Assembly: GCA_963764165.1 (NCBI GenBank)
Contig: CAVXRD010000001.1
Location: 1,248,001-1,312,000 of the forward strand
From: an uncultured Verrucomicrobiae bacterium
Lineage (GTDB): Bacteria > Verrucomicrobiota > Verrucomicrobiia > Limisphaerales > Palsa-1400
Reading direction: 5' to 3'
DNA: 64,000 bases
In this document: in pieces, positions 9,629 through 18,757 of the stretch
Layout: every line of letters begins with the position of its first letter
Numbering within the stretch: position 1 is the stretch's first letter
Notes under the pieces: generated by a model
What the model was told of the DNA's origin: nothing
Databases searched by the model: none
The model's input: the letters and a program-made list of their open reading frames with translations, nothing else
Made by a program: the position numbers and the translations under genes

Positions 9629-10371
9629 GGCCATTCCGCGGCGCCGGTAAATGGATCGTCGGGGGGCGCGTCGCAAGTCTGGCTCGGATTCCAGCTTGAG
9701 CCAAAGCCCGCGAAAACCCCGTTCGTCGGCGTAAGACTCGCCAGATCAGGCAAGATCGACATATTGCCGGATCCGAATATCCCGTAAGGCGGCAAACTCG
9801 CGCCGGGTTGAATAATTCCGAGCCAATACTGCTGCACCTGGATGGTGTCGTCCATCGTTGGATCAGGAATCGGCAGGTCCACGATCATAGGATATTGGTC
9901 ATCGGATTGCTGGGGGTAAATGCAGCCGCGCGCAAACCAGTTGACGCTTTGGCCGCAATTCGGCTCCGGCGAAATGTTAATGCTCGTGCCATACGCGATC
10001 ACGTAGTAAGCGGTCGGCAGCGGCAGGTAGAATTGCGATTTATAGACCGTCGGCACACTGCACGGCTGGCAGCAAACGCACGCGGTATAGTCCGGATTCC
10101 AGCCAACGCATTGGGTGAAATTTTCCGGATAGCCAATGCCCGAGGTGCAGCCATTGGTCGCCAGATTGTCCGGGGAAGTGTGGCCCGGATCGCTGAAATA
10201 GCCTGTCAAGCGATTACCCCAAGGCACCGTGGTGATGTCGTAGGCATTCGTCCAATTGATGATGTTCGTTGGATCGCCACCCGGGCCAAGTTCGGCCCCG
10301 ACGCAGCGCATCATGTAACCGCAATTGGCGCAGCCGCAGGCGGAAGAGGCCGCTATTGTCATGTCAATCAT
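9625..10371 (-). CDS. Cys/Pro/aromatic-rich hypothetical protein, possible tail-tip or receptor-binding protein
   Basis: 248 aa with CGCANC and CVCCQPC; last part of the tail module. Confidence 0.6.
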   Translation of the reverse strand: MIDMTIAASSACGCANCGYMMRCVGAELGPGGDPTNIINWTNAYDITTVPWGNRLTGYFSDPGHTSPDNLATNGCTSGIGYPENFTQCVGWNPDYTACVCCQPCSVPTVYKSQFYLPLPTAYYVIAYGTSINISPEPNCGQSVNWFARGCIYPQQSDDQYPMIVDLPIPDPTMDDTIQVQQYWLGIIQPGASLPPYGIFGSGNMSILPDLASLTPTNGVFAGFGSSWNPSQTCDAPPDDPFTGAAEWP

Positions 10372-10386
10372 AATACAAAAGCTTTC

Positions 10387-10493
10387 AAGGTAGGGACGCC
10401 TCGCCGAGGCGTCCGGGGTGAGGCATTATTCTTGCGCGGGTCGCGGAAATTATTCACGCGCAACCGGACGCCTCGGCGAGGCGTCCCTACCTT
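10387..10493. repeat. Intact GTAG-type REP doublet inside the phage-like operon
   Basis: aaggtagggacgcctcgccgaggcgtccgg ... ccggacgcctcggcgaggcgtccctacctt. Confidence 0.85.
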
Positions 10494-10501
10494 AAAATCC
10501 T

Positions 10502-12928
10502 CTAGGATGTCTCCGTTGGCGTCGTGCATAGAATATAAAAGCTGTAAGTCTTCATGGTGGGCGTTCCACTCACGTTGACGCATTGGCTGTAGCTGACCTG
10601 CTGAAAATAAGCCTGCGCGTTCGACGGCAAATCCGCCGGGCTGATGCGGACGCACCCGCCCGCTGTGCCGCCGCTTCCCAATTGCAGATGGAGAATCGGC
10701 GCATTGGGAGCGCCCAAACCCGAGATGTTCCCGTAGTTCGGCTGCCCGCTGCCGCGAACATCGACGGTAAGGCCGGGATTGCCATGAGCGTAGGAATTCG
10801 ACGCCAAATCCGAGAGGCTCGCGGGAAAAATCTGCAAATCCGGCGCGCGGGTGCCCGGACTCGGGCCGCGCTGGGCGACGCTGTTGCCAAGTTGCGCGCC
10901 TGCCTGCTGATTCGCGTCATTGGTGATGTTCGAGCCGATGAAATAAATTTGCCGCGGCCCGCGATTCGCGCGCAACCGCTCCACCATGTCCCGCGCGCCG
11001 AGATGGGCGGCCGGCCCGAATCGGAGTGTCGTGCGTCCATTGGTCAAGTCGTAGGAAATTTGCTGGACGCATGCGTTCATCGCCGCCCATTCACTGCGCC
11101 CGCCGGAGATGTTGAGGTTGTTTCCCATTGGGCAGACATCGCTCACCTCGATTTCTTGGACGCTGAACGAGCCTTCGAATTGTGGAATTTTGGCGATGTT
11201 GTAAATGAATCCAGCCAAACCGTAGGGAACCACTTCGCCCTGCACAAATCCCGCCTGATGCTGATAAACGCCGCCAGGAATGCTCACCAGCGTCACGCGC
11301 GCCGTCTTCTCGTGATACGGAACGTGCGCTGTTTGAATCGAGCTCGATCCAACTTTGCTAACCTCGCTAATCACCCACTTCGCGTTAATCACCGCTTGAA
11401 CAACCTGGGCCGCTGTTCCAGACGGCGCATTGCCCGCCAGCATCCAGGGCGCGATCTGCCCGTCTGTCAACAAATACTGAAACGTGGAAAGATCCACCGC
11501 GTTTCCGTCATCGGCCCCGCCGGGATCATCCGCCGTCACGGAAACAGACGAGCCGGAGAACAGCGATGGCGTCGCGGCCAGCGTCTTGAATTCAGGAAAA
11601 ATCTTTTGCCAGAACGGAATGGCTGACGAATTTGAACTGGGATCAGCCGTGTTCACCGCCATCGTTTTGATGCTGCATTGAATCAGATTGCTGCTGTTTC
11701 CCTCCATGTCGATCGTCGCGGTGACGCCCGCGAAATCGCGCCCCGCCGCCTCCAGCGCCTGCATGGTGGCGCTGTTGGCGCTGCCGCCGACAAATGCGGG
11801 CGAACCGCCGAACGCGCTGGCGGCGGTGTAAAGCGCGCCTGTCAATCCTATTCCCTCGTAAGCCGCGCCGCTGACGGTTCCCGCGACATCGTGAACCACC
11901 TCCGTGTAAAGGCTTCCCGAGTTTGATCCTGTGATGCGGAACTTGAGCGCCACCGCGGATGGCGTGAGGTCATCGCGTTTCTTGATTCGGAAATTCTCCG
12001 TTGTGCCGACGAACGGCAAACTCACAGCCGGCAATTGGTCGCGCGTCGCAACATGCAACGTAGGCGGCGTGGTGGAGTAATCGAACCACACCAGCCCGTC
12101 GCCCATTGGCCCAATCCATTTTAGTTGCCGCCGCAGCGCCTCCGCGCAGGTTATATCGTTGACAGCGTCGAGCGGCGCGCGCAGCACCGTCCGCATGTCC
12201 GCCGCCGTCGTCCCCGTTTGCGCGCTTGTCTTGCCGGTGGCGGCGTAGCCTGGAATGTAATCGGGAATGAGAAGATTCGTGCCCGGCGTCACGTATAAAT
12301 CCCAGTTCGTCCCATCAATCGCCGAGGTCAGCGCGTCGGATTGCAATTGCGGCGACCCGTAATCAATCGTCGTCTGCCCGGCAACGTAAGCGATGATTTC
12401 GGCGATTTGCTGCCGGATCGACATCAGGTTGGTCGCGTTGCTGCCGGGCACCGTATCGTTGGGGCCGACGAGCGCATTCACGCTTTGCCCAAGCACGATC
12501 TGGCTCCGCCAATCCGCCACGTTGGCTGTTCCATTCCAAGTGAACCAGAGTTTTTGGAACACCAGGCGCTCAAAGAAAAATTCCCATGGCCCGGCGAATT
12601 TCAAATCGAACTTCTCCAGCGCCGGACTTCCGCTGCGAAAGGTTTCGACGCGCCAGCCAATGAACCATTGCGTCCCGCCAGTCCACGAGGTGTTGCCGCT
12701 CAACGGCAGACCGGCGGCGTTGGTTCCAGCGCCAGAGGATGGCGCGCGCCCGATTCGCAGGATGATTTTTCCACCGTAGGGAATCGGATCATCCGCGTCG
12801 GCTGGGAGCAGCAGTTTGCAAGCGAGGTGGTCGTGGGCCTGATTGCCAATCTCGCGCTCGCACTGGCTGATGTTCCAATCCGCCAGCGATTTTTCGACGC
12901 CGTTATACGTAAGTGTGGTGAAGGTCAT
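10502..12928 (-). CDS. Large putative tail hub/baseplate (Tal-like) protein, 808 aa
   Basis: Start MTFTTLTYNG; late VQQISYDLTNGRTTLRFG beta motif typical of hub proteins; position in tail module. Confidence 0.6.
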   Translation of the reverse strand: MTFTTLTYNGVEKSLADWNISQCEREIGNQAHDHLACKLLLPADADDPIPYGGKIILRIGRAPSSGAGTNAAGLPLSGNTSWTGGTQWFIGWRVETFRSGSPALEKFDLKFAGPWEFFFERLVFQKLWFTWNGTANVADWRSQIVLGQSVNALVGPNDTVPGSNATNLMSIRQQIAEIIAYVAGQTTIDYGSPQLQSDALTSAIDGTNWDLYVTPGTNLLIPDYIPGYAATGKTSAQTGTTAADMRTVLRAPLDAVNDITCAEALRRQLKWIGPMGDGLVWFDYSTTPPTLHVATRDQLPAVSLPFVGTTENFRIKKRDDLTPSAVALKFRITGSNSGSLYTEVVHDVAGTVSGAAYEGIGLTGALYTAASAFGGSPAFVGGSANSATMQALEAAGRDFAGVTATIDMEGNSSNLIQCSIKTMAVNTADPSSNSSAIPFWQKIFPEFKTLAATPSLFSGSSVSVTADDPGGADDGNAVDLSTFQYLLTDGQIAPWMLAGNAPSGTAAQVVQAVINAKWVISEVSKVGSSSIQTAHVPYHEKTARVTLVSIPGGVYQHQAGFVQGEVVPYGLAGFIYNIAKIPQFEGSFSVQEIEVSDVCPMGNNLNISGGRSEWAAMNACVQQISYDLTNGRTTLRFGPAAHLGARDMVERLRANRGPRQIYFIGSNITNDANQQAGAQLGNSVAQRGPSPGTRAPDLQIFPASLSDLASNSYAHGNPGLTVDVRGSGQPNYGNISGLGAPNAPILHLQLGSGGTAGGCVRISPADLPSNAQAYFQQVSYSQCVNVSGTPTMKTYSFYILCTTPTETS

Positions 12929-12996
12929 GTCTGGAATTTTTAAATTTGGGCCTTCCGCCGTCGCTCCGCTATGGCGCGACAAGCAGGAACGGAGCC

Positions 12997-14463
12997 TCAG
13001 GGCGCGGAGATCAAATTTGTGTGAGAGCCCGTGATCCAATACAACGCGCATGCGCCCGCGCCATTATTGGAACTCCAGAAAATTCCAGAGCCGGAAATGG
13101 CTGCGGGCGGCGTGGTTCCATTGGCGGGCATTACGATGTTATTTGACACGCCCAAGGTCCCGCTAACCGTGAGGGTGAAAGCGGGAGAGGCCGTGTCAAT
13201 GCCGACGTGGCCACTGTTGGTGGCGTAGAGGACAGATCCGCCGAAACCGGCATACTTTGTCATGTTCAAAAAACCAACCTGAGCCGGACTAAACTGCACC
13301 GTGGTGTTCGTTTGCGACGACCACGGCAACGTCGTTCCGCCCGCATTCGAGGGATAAAACGACAATTGCCACGTCAGCGGCTCATTATTGTAATAGGCGT
13401 AAACGTCTTCGCTCAGGGCTGGGCCGCTCGTTACATAGTAAAGGCCGCTCTGGTTGTAGTAGCTGTTCAGGAACGAGGTAAAACTGGAATTCGTTTGCGA
13501 TTGCAGAAAATATCCGCCCTCGCGAATTTGCGGCATGCCAATGTCCGGGTCGTAAAACCCGGTGCCATCGGGCAGGACGCTGACGCCGACGGAACCGTTG
13601 TTCATGACCGCTCCCGCGATGGACGAGCCAGCCTCCACGTAACCGACCGCAACGCCCGTCATGTTCTCCAAATAGATCGGATACCCTCCAGTGGGCAATC
13701 CGCCCGAAACAATCGTCAGCCCGTCGATCAGCCCCGCATTGCCCACGCCGCCTGTCAAAGAAACAGGACTTCCGCGCCCCGCAACGTAGCTTTCGGCCTG
13801 CACCGCGGTCATTCGCACATTGTTGAACGTGCCTGTTCCGGTGTGGGTGTAGACGGCGTTTTGCGCCCAATTGTCAATTATGCAGTTATTGAAGAACAGC
13901 CCGCTGGTGGTGCTGCCGGCGCCGCTTTGAAACTCAGGCTGCACGTCAACGGCATTCGTATAGCCGCCCGTGTCACCGTAACTGCCCCAGTCAAACGCGC
14001 CCCCGCCCGAGTTCAGAATTTGCCCGCCACCGGAGCCTTCCCAGCGAATCGCGCAGCGCGACTTATGAATGCCGCCGACGCCGCCGAGCGCCTCCCAGCC
14101 CGAATTCAGAATCGTCCAGCCACCCACGTCCACGTTGGCGAAGTTGTTGATGCGAATGCCGTCGCAATACCAGCGAATCCAGCTCAAGTTATATGCCTGC
14201 CAGCCCTGGCCCGCCTGGTAATCCACGCAGCGGTAGCCGCCGTCGAGAAGCACGTTGTTCCAATTGCAGCTCACCGCGCCGTTGATGCCATCGGCGTTCG
14301 TTGTCAAACAAACGAATGCGCCGGCGCTGGGCGGAGTGGCGTTCGTCCAGAATCCGGCGATGTTCTGAAACGTCAGGTAACTCCCCCTCGCCACAAAGCA
14401 ATTGAGGTGAGGTTTGTCCAAACGATGGCGGAAACCAATGTGTCCGGCTGGCCCAACGCCCAA
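12997..14463 (-). CDS. C-terminal part of a beta-helix tailspike-like protein (frameshifted from the upstream ORF)
   Basis: N/G/T-rich beta-helix-like sequence; C-terminal GHVGIDTASPAFTLTVSG fibre-like motif; no convincing start of its own. Confidence 0.65.
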   Translation of the reverse strand: MGVGPAGHIGFRHRLDKPHLNCFVARGSYLTFQNIAGFWTNATPPSAGAFVCLTTNADGINGAVSCNWNNVLLDGGYRCVDYQAGQGWQAYNLSWIRWYCDGIRINNFANVDVGGWTILNSGWEALGGVGGIHKSRCAIRWEGSGGGQILNSGGGAFDWGSYGDTGGYTNAVDVQPEFQSGAGSTTSGLFFNNCIIDNWAQNAVYTHTGTGTFNNVRMTAVQAESYVAGRGSPVSLTGGVGNAGLIDGLTIVSGGLPTGGYPIYLENMTGVAVGYVEAGSSIAGAVMNNGSVGVSVLPDGTGFYDPDIGMPQIREGGYFLQSQTNSSFTSFLNSYYNQSGLYYVTSGPALSEDVYAYYNNEPLTWQLSFYPSNAGGTTLPWSSQTNTTVQFSPAQVGFLNMTKYAGFGGSVLYATNSGHVGIDTASPAFTLTVSGTLGVSNNIVMPANGTTPPAAISGSGIFWSSNNGAGACALYWITGSHTNLISAP

Positions 14464-15104
14464 GACCCGGCGCCATCACCGAGGATGGTCAGGTTCGCGT
14501 TCGTGATAATAATATTTCCGCTGACTTTGTATTTTCCGCGCGGGAAATAAATGGCGCCACCGTTTCCCGCCGCCGCCATCGCGTTGGAAATGGCGGCGTT
14601 GTTATCGGTGACCCCGTCCCCGACGCCGCCTGTGGAAGTGATGTTCACATAGCTGGCAATCGATACAGGAACCCACGCGGCGCCATTCCATTCCAGCACC
14701 TGGCCCGCGGCCGCGCCTGATTGCGTCAACGCCGAGGTCGGAAGATTGGTCGCGCCAGAAATATTGCCGCTGACGATCGCAAGGTTTGTCGCGATTTGTC
14801 CGCTGGTGGTGGCATTGGTCAAGTAAGTATTCGTGCCAAAACCACCGAAGGGCGCAATTCCCGAACCGCCACCCCCACCCCCTCCGCTGAATCCAGCCCG
14901 GGTCAGCGCGTTGGTCAGCGGCGTGATATTCGTGTCAAAGAAATTGGTTTCGTTGGGCGGAATGGCGTTATTCGTATTGACGACGAATACTTTGTTGGTG
15001 GAAATCTGCGCCGAAGCGGGATAATCCATGGCGGCGAATAATAAAATCGCGAATAGAATGCGGAATGCGGTTTTCATTTTGGTCGGAAGTTTGAGCGGGT
15101 TCAT
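14373..15104 (-). CDS. N-terminal part of a tailspike-like protein with signal peptide and pectate-lyase-3-like motif
   Basis: MKTAFRILFAILLFAAMDYPASAQ; GQVLEWNGAAWVP; GGVGDGVTDNNAAI...IYFPRGKY. Confidence 0.7.
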   Translation of the reverse strand: MNPLKLPTKMKTAFRILFAILLFAAMDYPASAQISTNKVFVVNTNNAIPPNETNFFDTNITPLTNALTRAGFSGGGGGGGSGIAPFGGFGTNTYLTNATTSGQIATNLAIVSGNISGATNLPTSALTQSGAAAGQVLEWNGAAWVPVSIASYVNITSTGGVGDGVTDNNAAISNAMAAAGNGGAIYFPRGKYKVSGNIIITNANLTILGDGAGSWALGQPDTLVSAIVWTNLTSIALWRGGVT

Positions 15105-15108
15105 TTTC

Positions 15109-15735
15109 TTAGTATCCTTGGTCTGAGAGTTGGAGGGTCAGGACGCCGCCGTCGTTTAGAATCGACAGCGTATGATAAAGTCCAGTGGTGGCATCGAGCA
15201 GTTGCGGGACAATCCGCCCCGAAACAGTCGTGTAACGCAATCCGGCCAGGGGCGGAGCGCTGGCGCTGGTGGCGGGGCCGTCCTTCACCGTAAGCGGGCC
15301 ATTCAAAATGGTGATGTTCTTGGCCGGAGAATCAGTCGTCTGGGCCGTGATGCGCAGCCAATAGTTGACGCTGGCCAGCCCGCCGAGGCTAATGGCCGTC
15401 TGGCTATTCGGGAACAAGAATGCAGCGTGATAAAACGGCGTGGTATTGCCGTTCCACTCACTTTGCGTCAGCGACAAATTCATGCTCGCGGCCGCGACAA
15501 AGCAACTCAGCATCGGCGGGTTGGAATCGTTTTCCGCCGCAAAAATTTGCGCGGTCACGGAGGCGACATTCGACAGCGAGGTGAGCAGGGCGCCGTTTTG
15601 GCCCAGGCCGATGTCAATTTCGATGTCGTCGCCGCGATAAAACGAGGGCGGCTGATTGCCGCGATTGAGATCAATAAGATTGCCCGGCGCGGCGACGTCG
15701 CACAGCAGCCGGATGGGAAGAGGTGTCAATGCCAT
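15109..15735 (-). CDS. Putative baseplate upper protein (BppU-N-like)
   Basis: FYRGDDIEIDIGLGQNG...LSNVASVTAQI and ILNGPLTV pattern; position before the spike gene. Confidence 0.5.
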   Translation of the reverse strand: MALTPLPIRLLCDVAAPGNLIDLNRGNQPPSFYRGDDIEIDIGLGQNGALLTSLSNVASVTAQIFAAENDSNPPMLSCFVAAASMNLSLTQSEWNGNTTPFYHAAFLFPNSQTAISLGGLASVNYWLRITAQTTDSPAKNITILNGPLTVKDGPATSASAPPLAGLRYTTVSGRIVPQLLDATTGLYHTLSILNDGGVLTLQLSDQGY

Positions 15736-15769
15736 ATGTCAATAATAGGAATTTTTGGGGTGATGGAAA

Positions 15770-16240
15770 TTACGGGCTGGTCTGCCACGCGCCGTTGCCG
15801 CAGATCGAATAGGTGATGTTGCAGGCAACTTCCTGGTGCGCCACACACGCCACCGATTCCACAACGGCATTCGGCAAATAGCGCGTGATCAATCCAGTGC
15901 CGGATTGGTTGTAAATCGTGATTTCGCCCTGCACCGGAACGCTGTCTGGATGAAACAGAATGAAGGCCAGGCAGGCCTCCGCCGTTTGAAACGACCGCTG
16001 CGCCGTAAAGGCAAAGCGGTTTTCAAGGTTGTAGCGGGGAATGTTCGAGAGATAGGCCGCCCGGAACAGCGGTGCTTTCTGGATGATCCGCTTTTGCTGG
16101 TTGAGGCAGCCTTCCTTGACCTGCCCTCCAGCGCCGCTGGAGAAATTCGTCGAGGGCGCCGAACCGCTAATAAGGCGGATGCTGTCATCGGCCAGGACAA
16201 ACGGCACGGAACCGCCAGAGGGGGTGATGGTGATTTTCAT
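15770..16240 (-). CDS. Hypothetical tail protein (distal-tail position)
   Basis: 156-aa beta-rich ORF coupled to the upstream gene; assignment by position only. Confidence 0.5.
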   Translation of the reverse strand: MKITITPSGGSVPFVLADDSIRLISGSAPSTNFSSGAGGQVKEGCLNQQKRIIQKAPLFRAAYLSNIPRYNLENRFAFTAQRSFQTAEACLAFILFHPDSVPVQGEITIYNQSGTGLITRYLPNAVVESVACVAHQEVACNITYSICGNGAWQTSP

Positions 16241-16521
16241 GTTTGGCTGAAGTCCGCAAAGAATTGCACGGCGTCGCGCATTTCCAATTGGGAGACGTTT
16301 GGATCCGAGTTGAGCCGGAGACGGAGACGGCGCAACGCCTGCGCCTCAATCGCCCGAATCATCGCCGGCGTGCAATCGCACCAGGCGGCAATTTCACCCG
16401 CGCTGTGAGTCGCGCGAGGTTTGGCTGCGGCGGACAAAATCGCCAGGCCCAGGTCGATGCGCCTGCCTTTCCGTCCGTTGCGAATCGGCGGCGAATCCAC
16501 GTTTTTGTGATCGTGCGTCAT
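16237..16521 (-). CDS. Small sigma70 region 4-like helix-turn-helix protein
   Basis: HSAGEIAAWCDCTPAMIRAIEAQALRRLR resembles the TLEEIG...RVRQIEAKALRKLR pattern. Confidence 0.7.
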   Translation of the reverse strand: MTHDHKNVDSPPIRNGRKGRRIDLGLAILSAAAKPRATHSAGEIAAWCDCTPAMIRAIEAQALRRLRLRLNSDPNVSQLEMRDAVQFFADFSQT

Positions 16522-16524
16522 GGT

Positions 16525-17460
16525 TTATGCGAGGGTTAAGGCCGCCCGGGATGGAACGCCGCCGCTGGCGATGTTAAGCGTGCTGACCCACCCCAATTCG
16601 CCCACGCGCAACGGGCGCCCGCCAAAGACGTATCCCGCCGATTTCAACGCCGCGTTGCCAAGGGTAATGGTGATGCTGCTGCTGCCCGAAATCACGAGAT
16701 TGGCTGAATTCGTTGACAGCCGGTAACCGCCCGCGGCTCCCGTTCCCTGCGCATACAGCGCCGCGTCAATTTGCGCCGCCGTCGGCCCGAGCGGTTTGCA
16801 TTTGGCCATCACGCGGCAGCTCGCCAGCTTGAACGCGCGCGTCCGGCCTTGAATGGTCACCGGCTCCAATTTCAGTTCGTGGCTGATCGTCCATTTATCC
16901 TGCGCTTGAAAGCTCGTGAATCCCGCGATGCTTCCCCACGCCGCCGTGAATTCCTGCCGCCCGAGGACAGCCGTGCCGGGAACGGCGGGATTGCTGAACG
17001 ACTGGCCTGTTTGCAGCGTGTAATAGCTATTGGCGGAACTCGCGTTCTGGCCGTTCGCAATGACGCCCCAAATTTCCATGCGGCCCAGCACCGGCCCTTC
17101 GACGCCGAGTTCCAGGTCCGGCATTTTGCCGACCAGCGCGCTCGTCAGCGCGACGACATCGCCGTTGTTGCTGTTCCACGCGCAAGCCACGTCGGAACTG
17201 CCGGGAAAGGACGTGCCGACCGTGGCGGAGACATACGGGAACATGGTCGCCAGCGCAGCCGTATCGTAGAAGAGCGGGCGGCCTTGGGCTTTGACGACCA
17301 TGTCCCGATAAATTTCGTCCACGTCGCCGTAAAGCGAAGTGGCAACAACGTCGGTGACGAGCGCTGTTTCGACGGTGGAATCCTCGGCAAATTGAATATT
17401 CTGGCCATTAAAGGCCGCGTAAGCCGGACCGCCGGCAAGTTGGGATCGGGTGACACTCAT
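16525..17460 (-). CDS. Putative major tail tube protein
   Basis: 311 aa, A/G/S/T-rich, N-terminal LAGGPAYAAFNG; follows the neck genes. Confidence 0.6.
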   Translation of the reverse strand: MSVTRSQLAGGPAYAAFNGQNIQFAEDSTVETALVTDVVATSLYGDVDEIYRDMVVKAQGRPLFYDTAALATMFPYVSATVGTSFPGSSDVACAWNSNNGDVVALTSALVGKMPDLELGVEGPVLGRMEIWGVIANGQNASSANSYYTLQTGQSFSNPAVPGTAVLGRQEFTAAWGSIAGFTSFQAQDKWTISHELKLEPVTIQGRTRAFKLASCRVMAKCKPLGPTAAQIDAALYAQGTGAAGGYRLSTNSANLVISGSSSITITLGNAALKSAGYVFGGRPLRVGELGWVSTLNIASGGVPSRAALTLA

Positions 17461-17493
17461 AAATTGTGTATAGTTGACATGTGTTGGATGGGT

Positions 17494-18213
17494 TTAATTG
17501 ACGACGAACGTATCGATCATGCTTCCCTGCAAAGCGCCGTTGTAAGCCGCCGTGCGGACAGTCGTGCCGCCTGCGACGCTGAACGGCGTCGTGTACAAAG
17601 TCGCATTAGGATTTCCCGCCCCGGGGAAACTCGCGTCCGTGGTGTAAAAAATGGCGGAGCCGCCGCCCGGCTGCTGGTCCGAAAGCGTGACCGTGCCCGC
17701 ATTGGCGCTGGCGCCCGGAATGATCGTCCGCGTGAGCGCGGTTAACGCAAACGTCGCGCGCAGCGTCACTGCCAGGGCAATGAAGGGCGAATCTGCGGGA
17801 GTCGAAACGTATTCATAAAACGTGGGCGCGGCGTAAAATCCTTGCAGCGCCCCGCCGAGGAAAAACAACTGAAACGTCTGGGCCAAATTCACCGCAATTT
17901 GTTCGGCGCTAAGCCCGGTGCCATTTGCGCCCTGGTTCACAGTTGGCTGCTCCTTCACGAGAAATTTCTGCTCCAGCGTGCAAACCGGCCCCGCTGTATC
18001 CGGCAAAGCGGATTTCAACGCGGGCATCAGAACTTCGATCGACGCCCCGCCCTTTCCGTTGCGTCCCGAAAATCCCGACAAGGCGCGGCTGACTTCGGTG
18101 TCCATTCGTTTCTCGCGCACTTTGAAAATGGCGATGCTTTGGAACCATGGCTCGGAGAGCAGCTTGTAATAGACGTCCGGCTGGACGGATTCGATTTGGG
18201 CGGCAAGGCTCAT
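17494..18213 (-). CDS. Putative tail terminator/neck protein with a C-terminal FN3-associated (CHB_HEX_C-like) domain
   Basis: C-terminus VTLSD...IFYTTDASFP...LYTTPFSV...VRTAAY. Confidence 0.6.
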   Translation of the reverse strand: MSLAAQIESVQPDVYYKLLSEPWFQSIAIFKVREKRMDTEVSRALSGFSGRNGKGGASIEVLMPALKSALPDTAGPVCTLEQKFLVKEQPTVNQGANGTGLSAEQIAVNLAQTFQLFFLGGALQGFYAAPTFYEYVSTPADSPFIALAVTLRATFALTALTRTIIPGASANAGTVTLSDQQPGGGSAIFYTTDASFPGAGNPNATLYTTPFSVAGGTTVRTAAYNGALQGSMIDTFVVN

Positions 18214-18237
18214 ATTGAAAATGGGAAAATGGGTCGA

Positions 18238-18684
18238 TTAGGTTTCGCCGAGCTTGTCAAATGAATGCGTTGAAACGCGATGGCCCCGGCGAATGGCCTC
18301 CACCCGGAAACTAGGGCCGGTCACGTTCTGCGGATTGGCGGGAATCTCCACCTTCTCGCGCCCTTCGCGAATTTTCTCCATGCGCTTGACAGATTCGTCG
18401 TATTGGGCGCGCCGGAAATCGCTCTGCAAATCCGTCTTGGGCAGGCTGCAAAACCACTTCCAGCGAACCATTGCAATGGCGTCGGAGCGAATCTGGTCAG
18501 GCACGGTTCCGACTGGCCCAATCTGGTTTCCGCCGACCAGGATGCCCGCCTGAATTTCAGCGGTGATGGTCGCGAGGATGGTCGAAAGGATCGACGAGCT
18601 TCCCTGAATCGTGTTCAGCATCGTGACTTCGTCCGGGAGGATTTCCGCCGTGACGTCAGCGGCGGCAAGTGTGTTCCAAGGCAT
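18238..18684 (-). CDS. Mu gp36-like (DUF1320) head-tail connector
   Basis: Helical 148 aa with VPDQIRSDAIAMVRW and AQYDESVKRMEKIREG; follows the capsid genes. Confidence 0.7.
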   Translation of the reverse strand: MPWNTLAAADVTAEILPDEVTMLNTIQGSSSILSTILATITAEIQAGILVGGNQIGPVGTVPDQIRSDAIAMVRWKWFCSLPKTDLQSDFRRAQYDESVKRMEKIREGREKVEIPANPQNVTGPSFRVEAIRRGHRVSTHSFDKLGET

Positions 18685-18706
18685 AAGCAATTTTGTTGAG
18701 GTAAGG

Positions 18707-18748
18707 AGCGCCGGCGCGGAAGGATGGGATGGTTGCCGCGCCGGCGCT
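18707..18748 (-). terminator. 13-bp GC-rich hairpin after the head genes (partial terminator or mRNA stabiliser)
   Basis: agcgccggcgcgg (18707-18719) and ccgcgccggcgct (18736-18748); weak U tract. Confidence 0.5.
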
Positions 18749-18757
18749 GTTGGTTGG

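Noticed and set aside
8963..10493. Palindromic repeats as a CRISPR array
   Set aside because: They are inverted doublets without regular spacers, and there are no cas genes
13207..14550. 447-aa plus-strand ORF and similar long antisense ORFs (10583-11626, 19312-20394, 28578-29804, 31733-33019)
   Set aside because: GC-rich antisense shadows of better-supported genes
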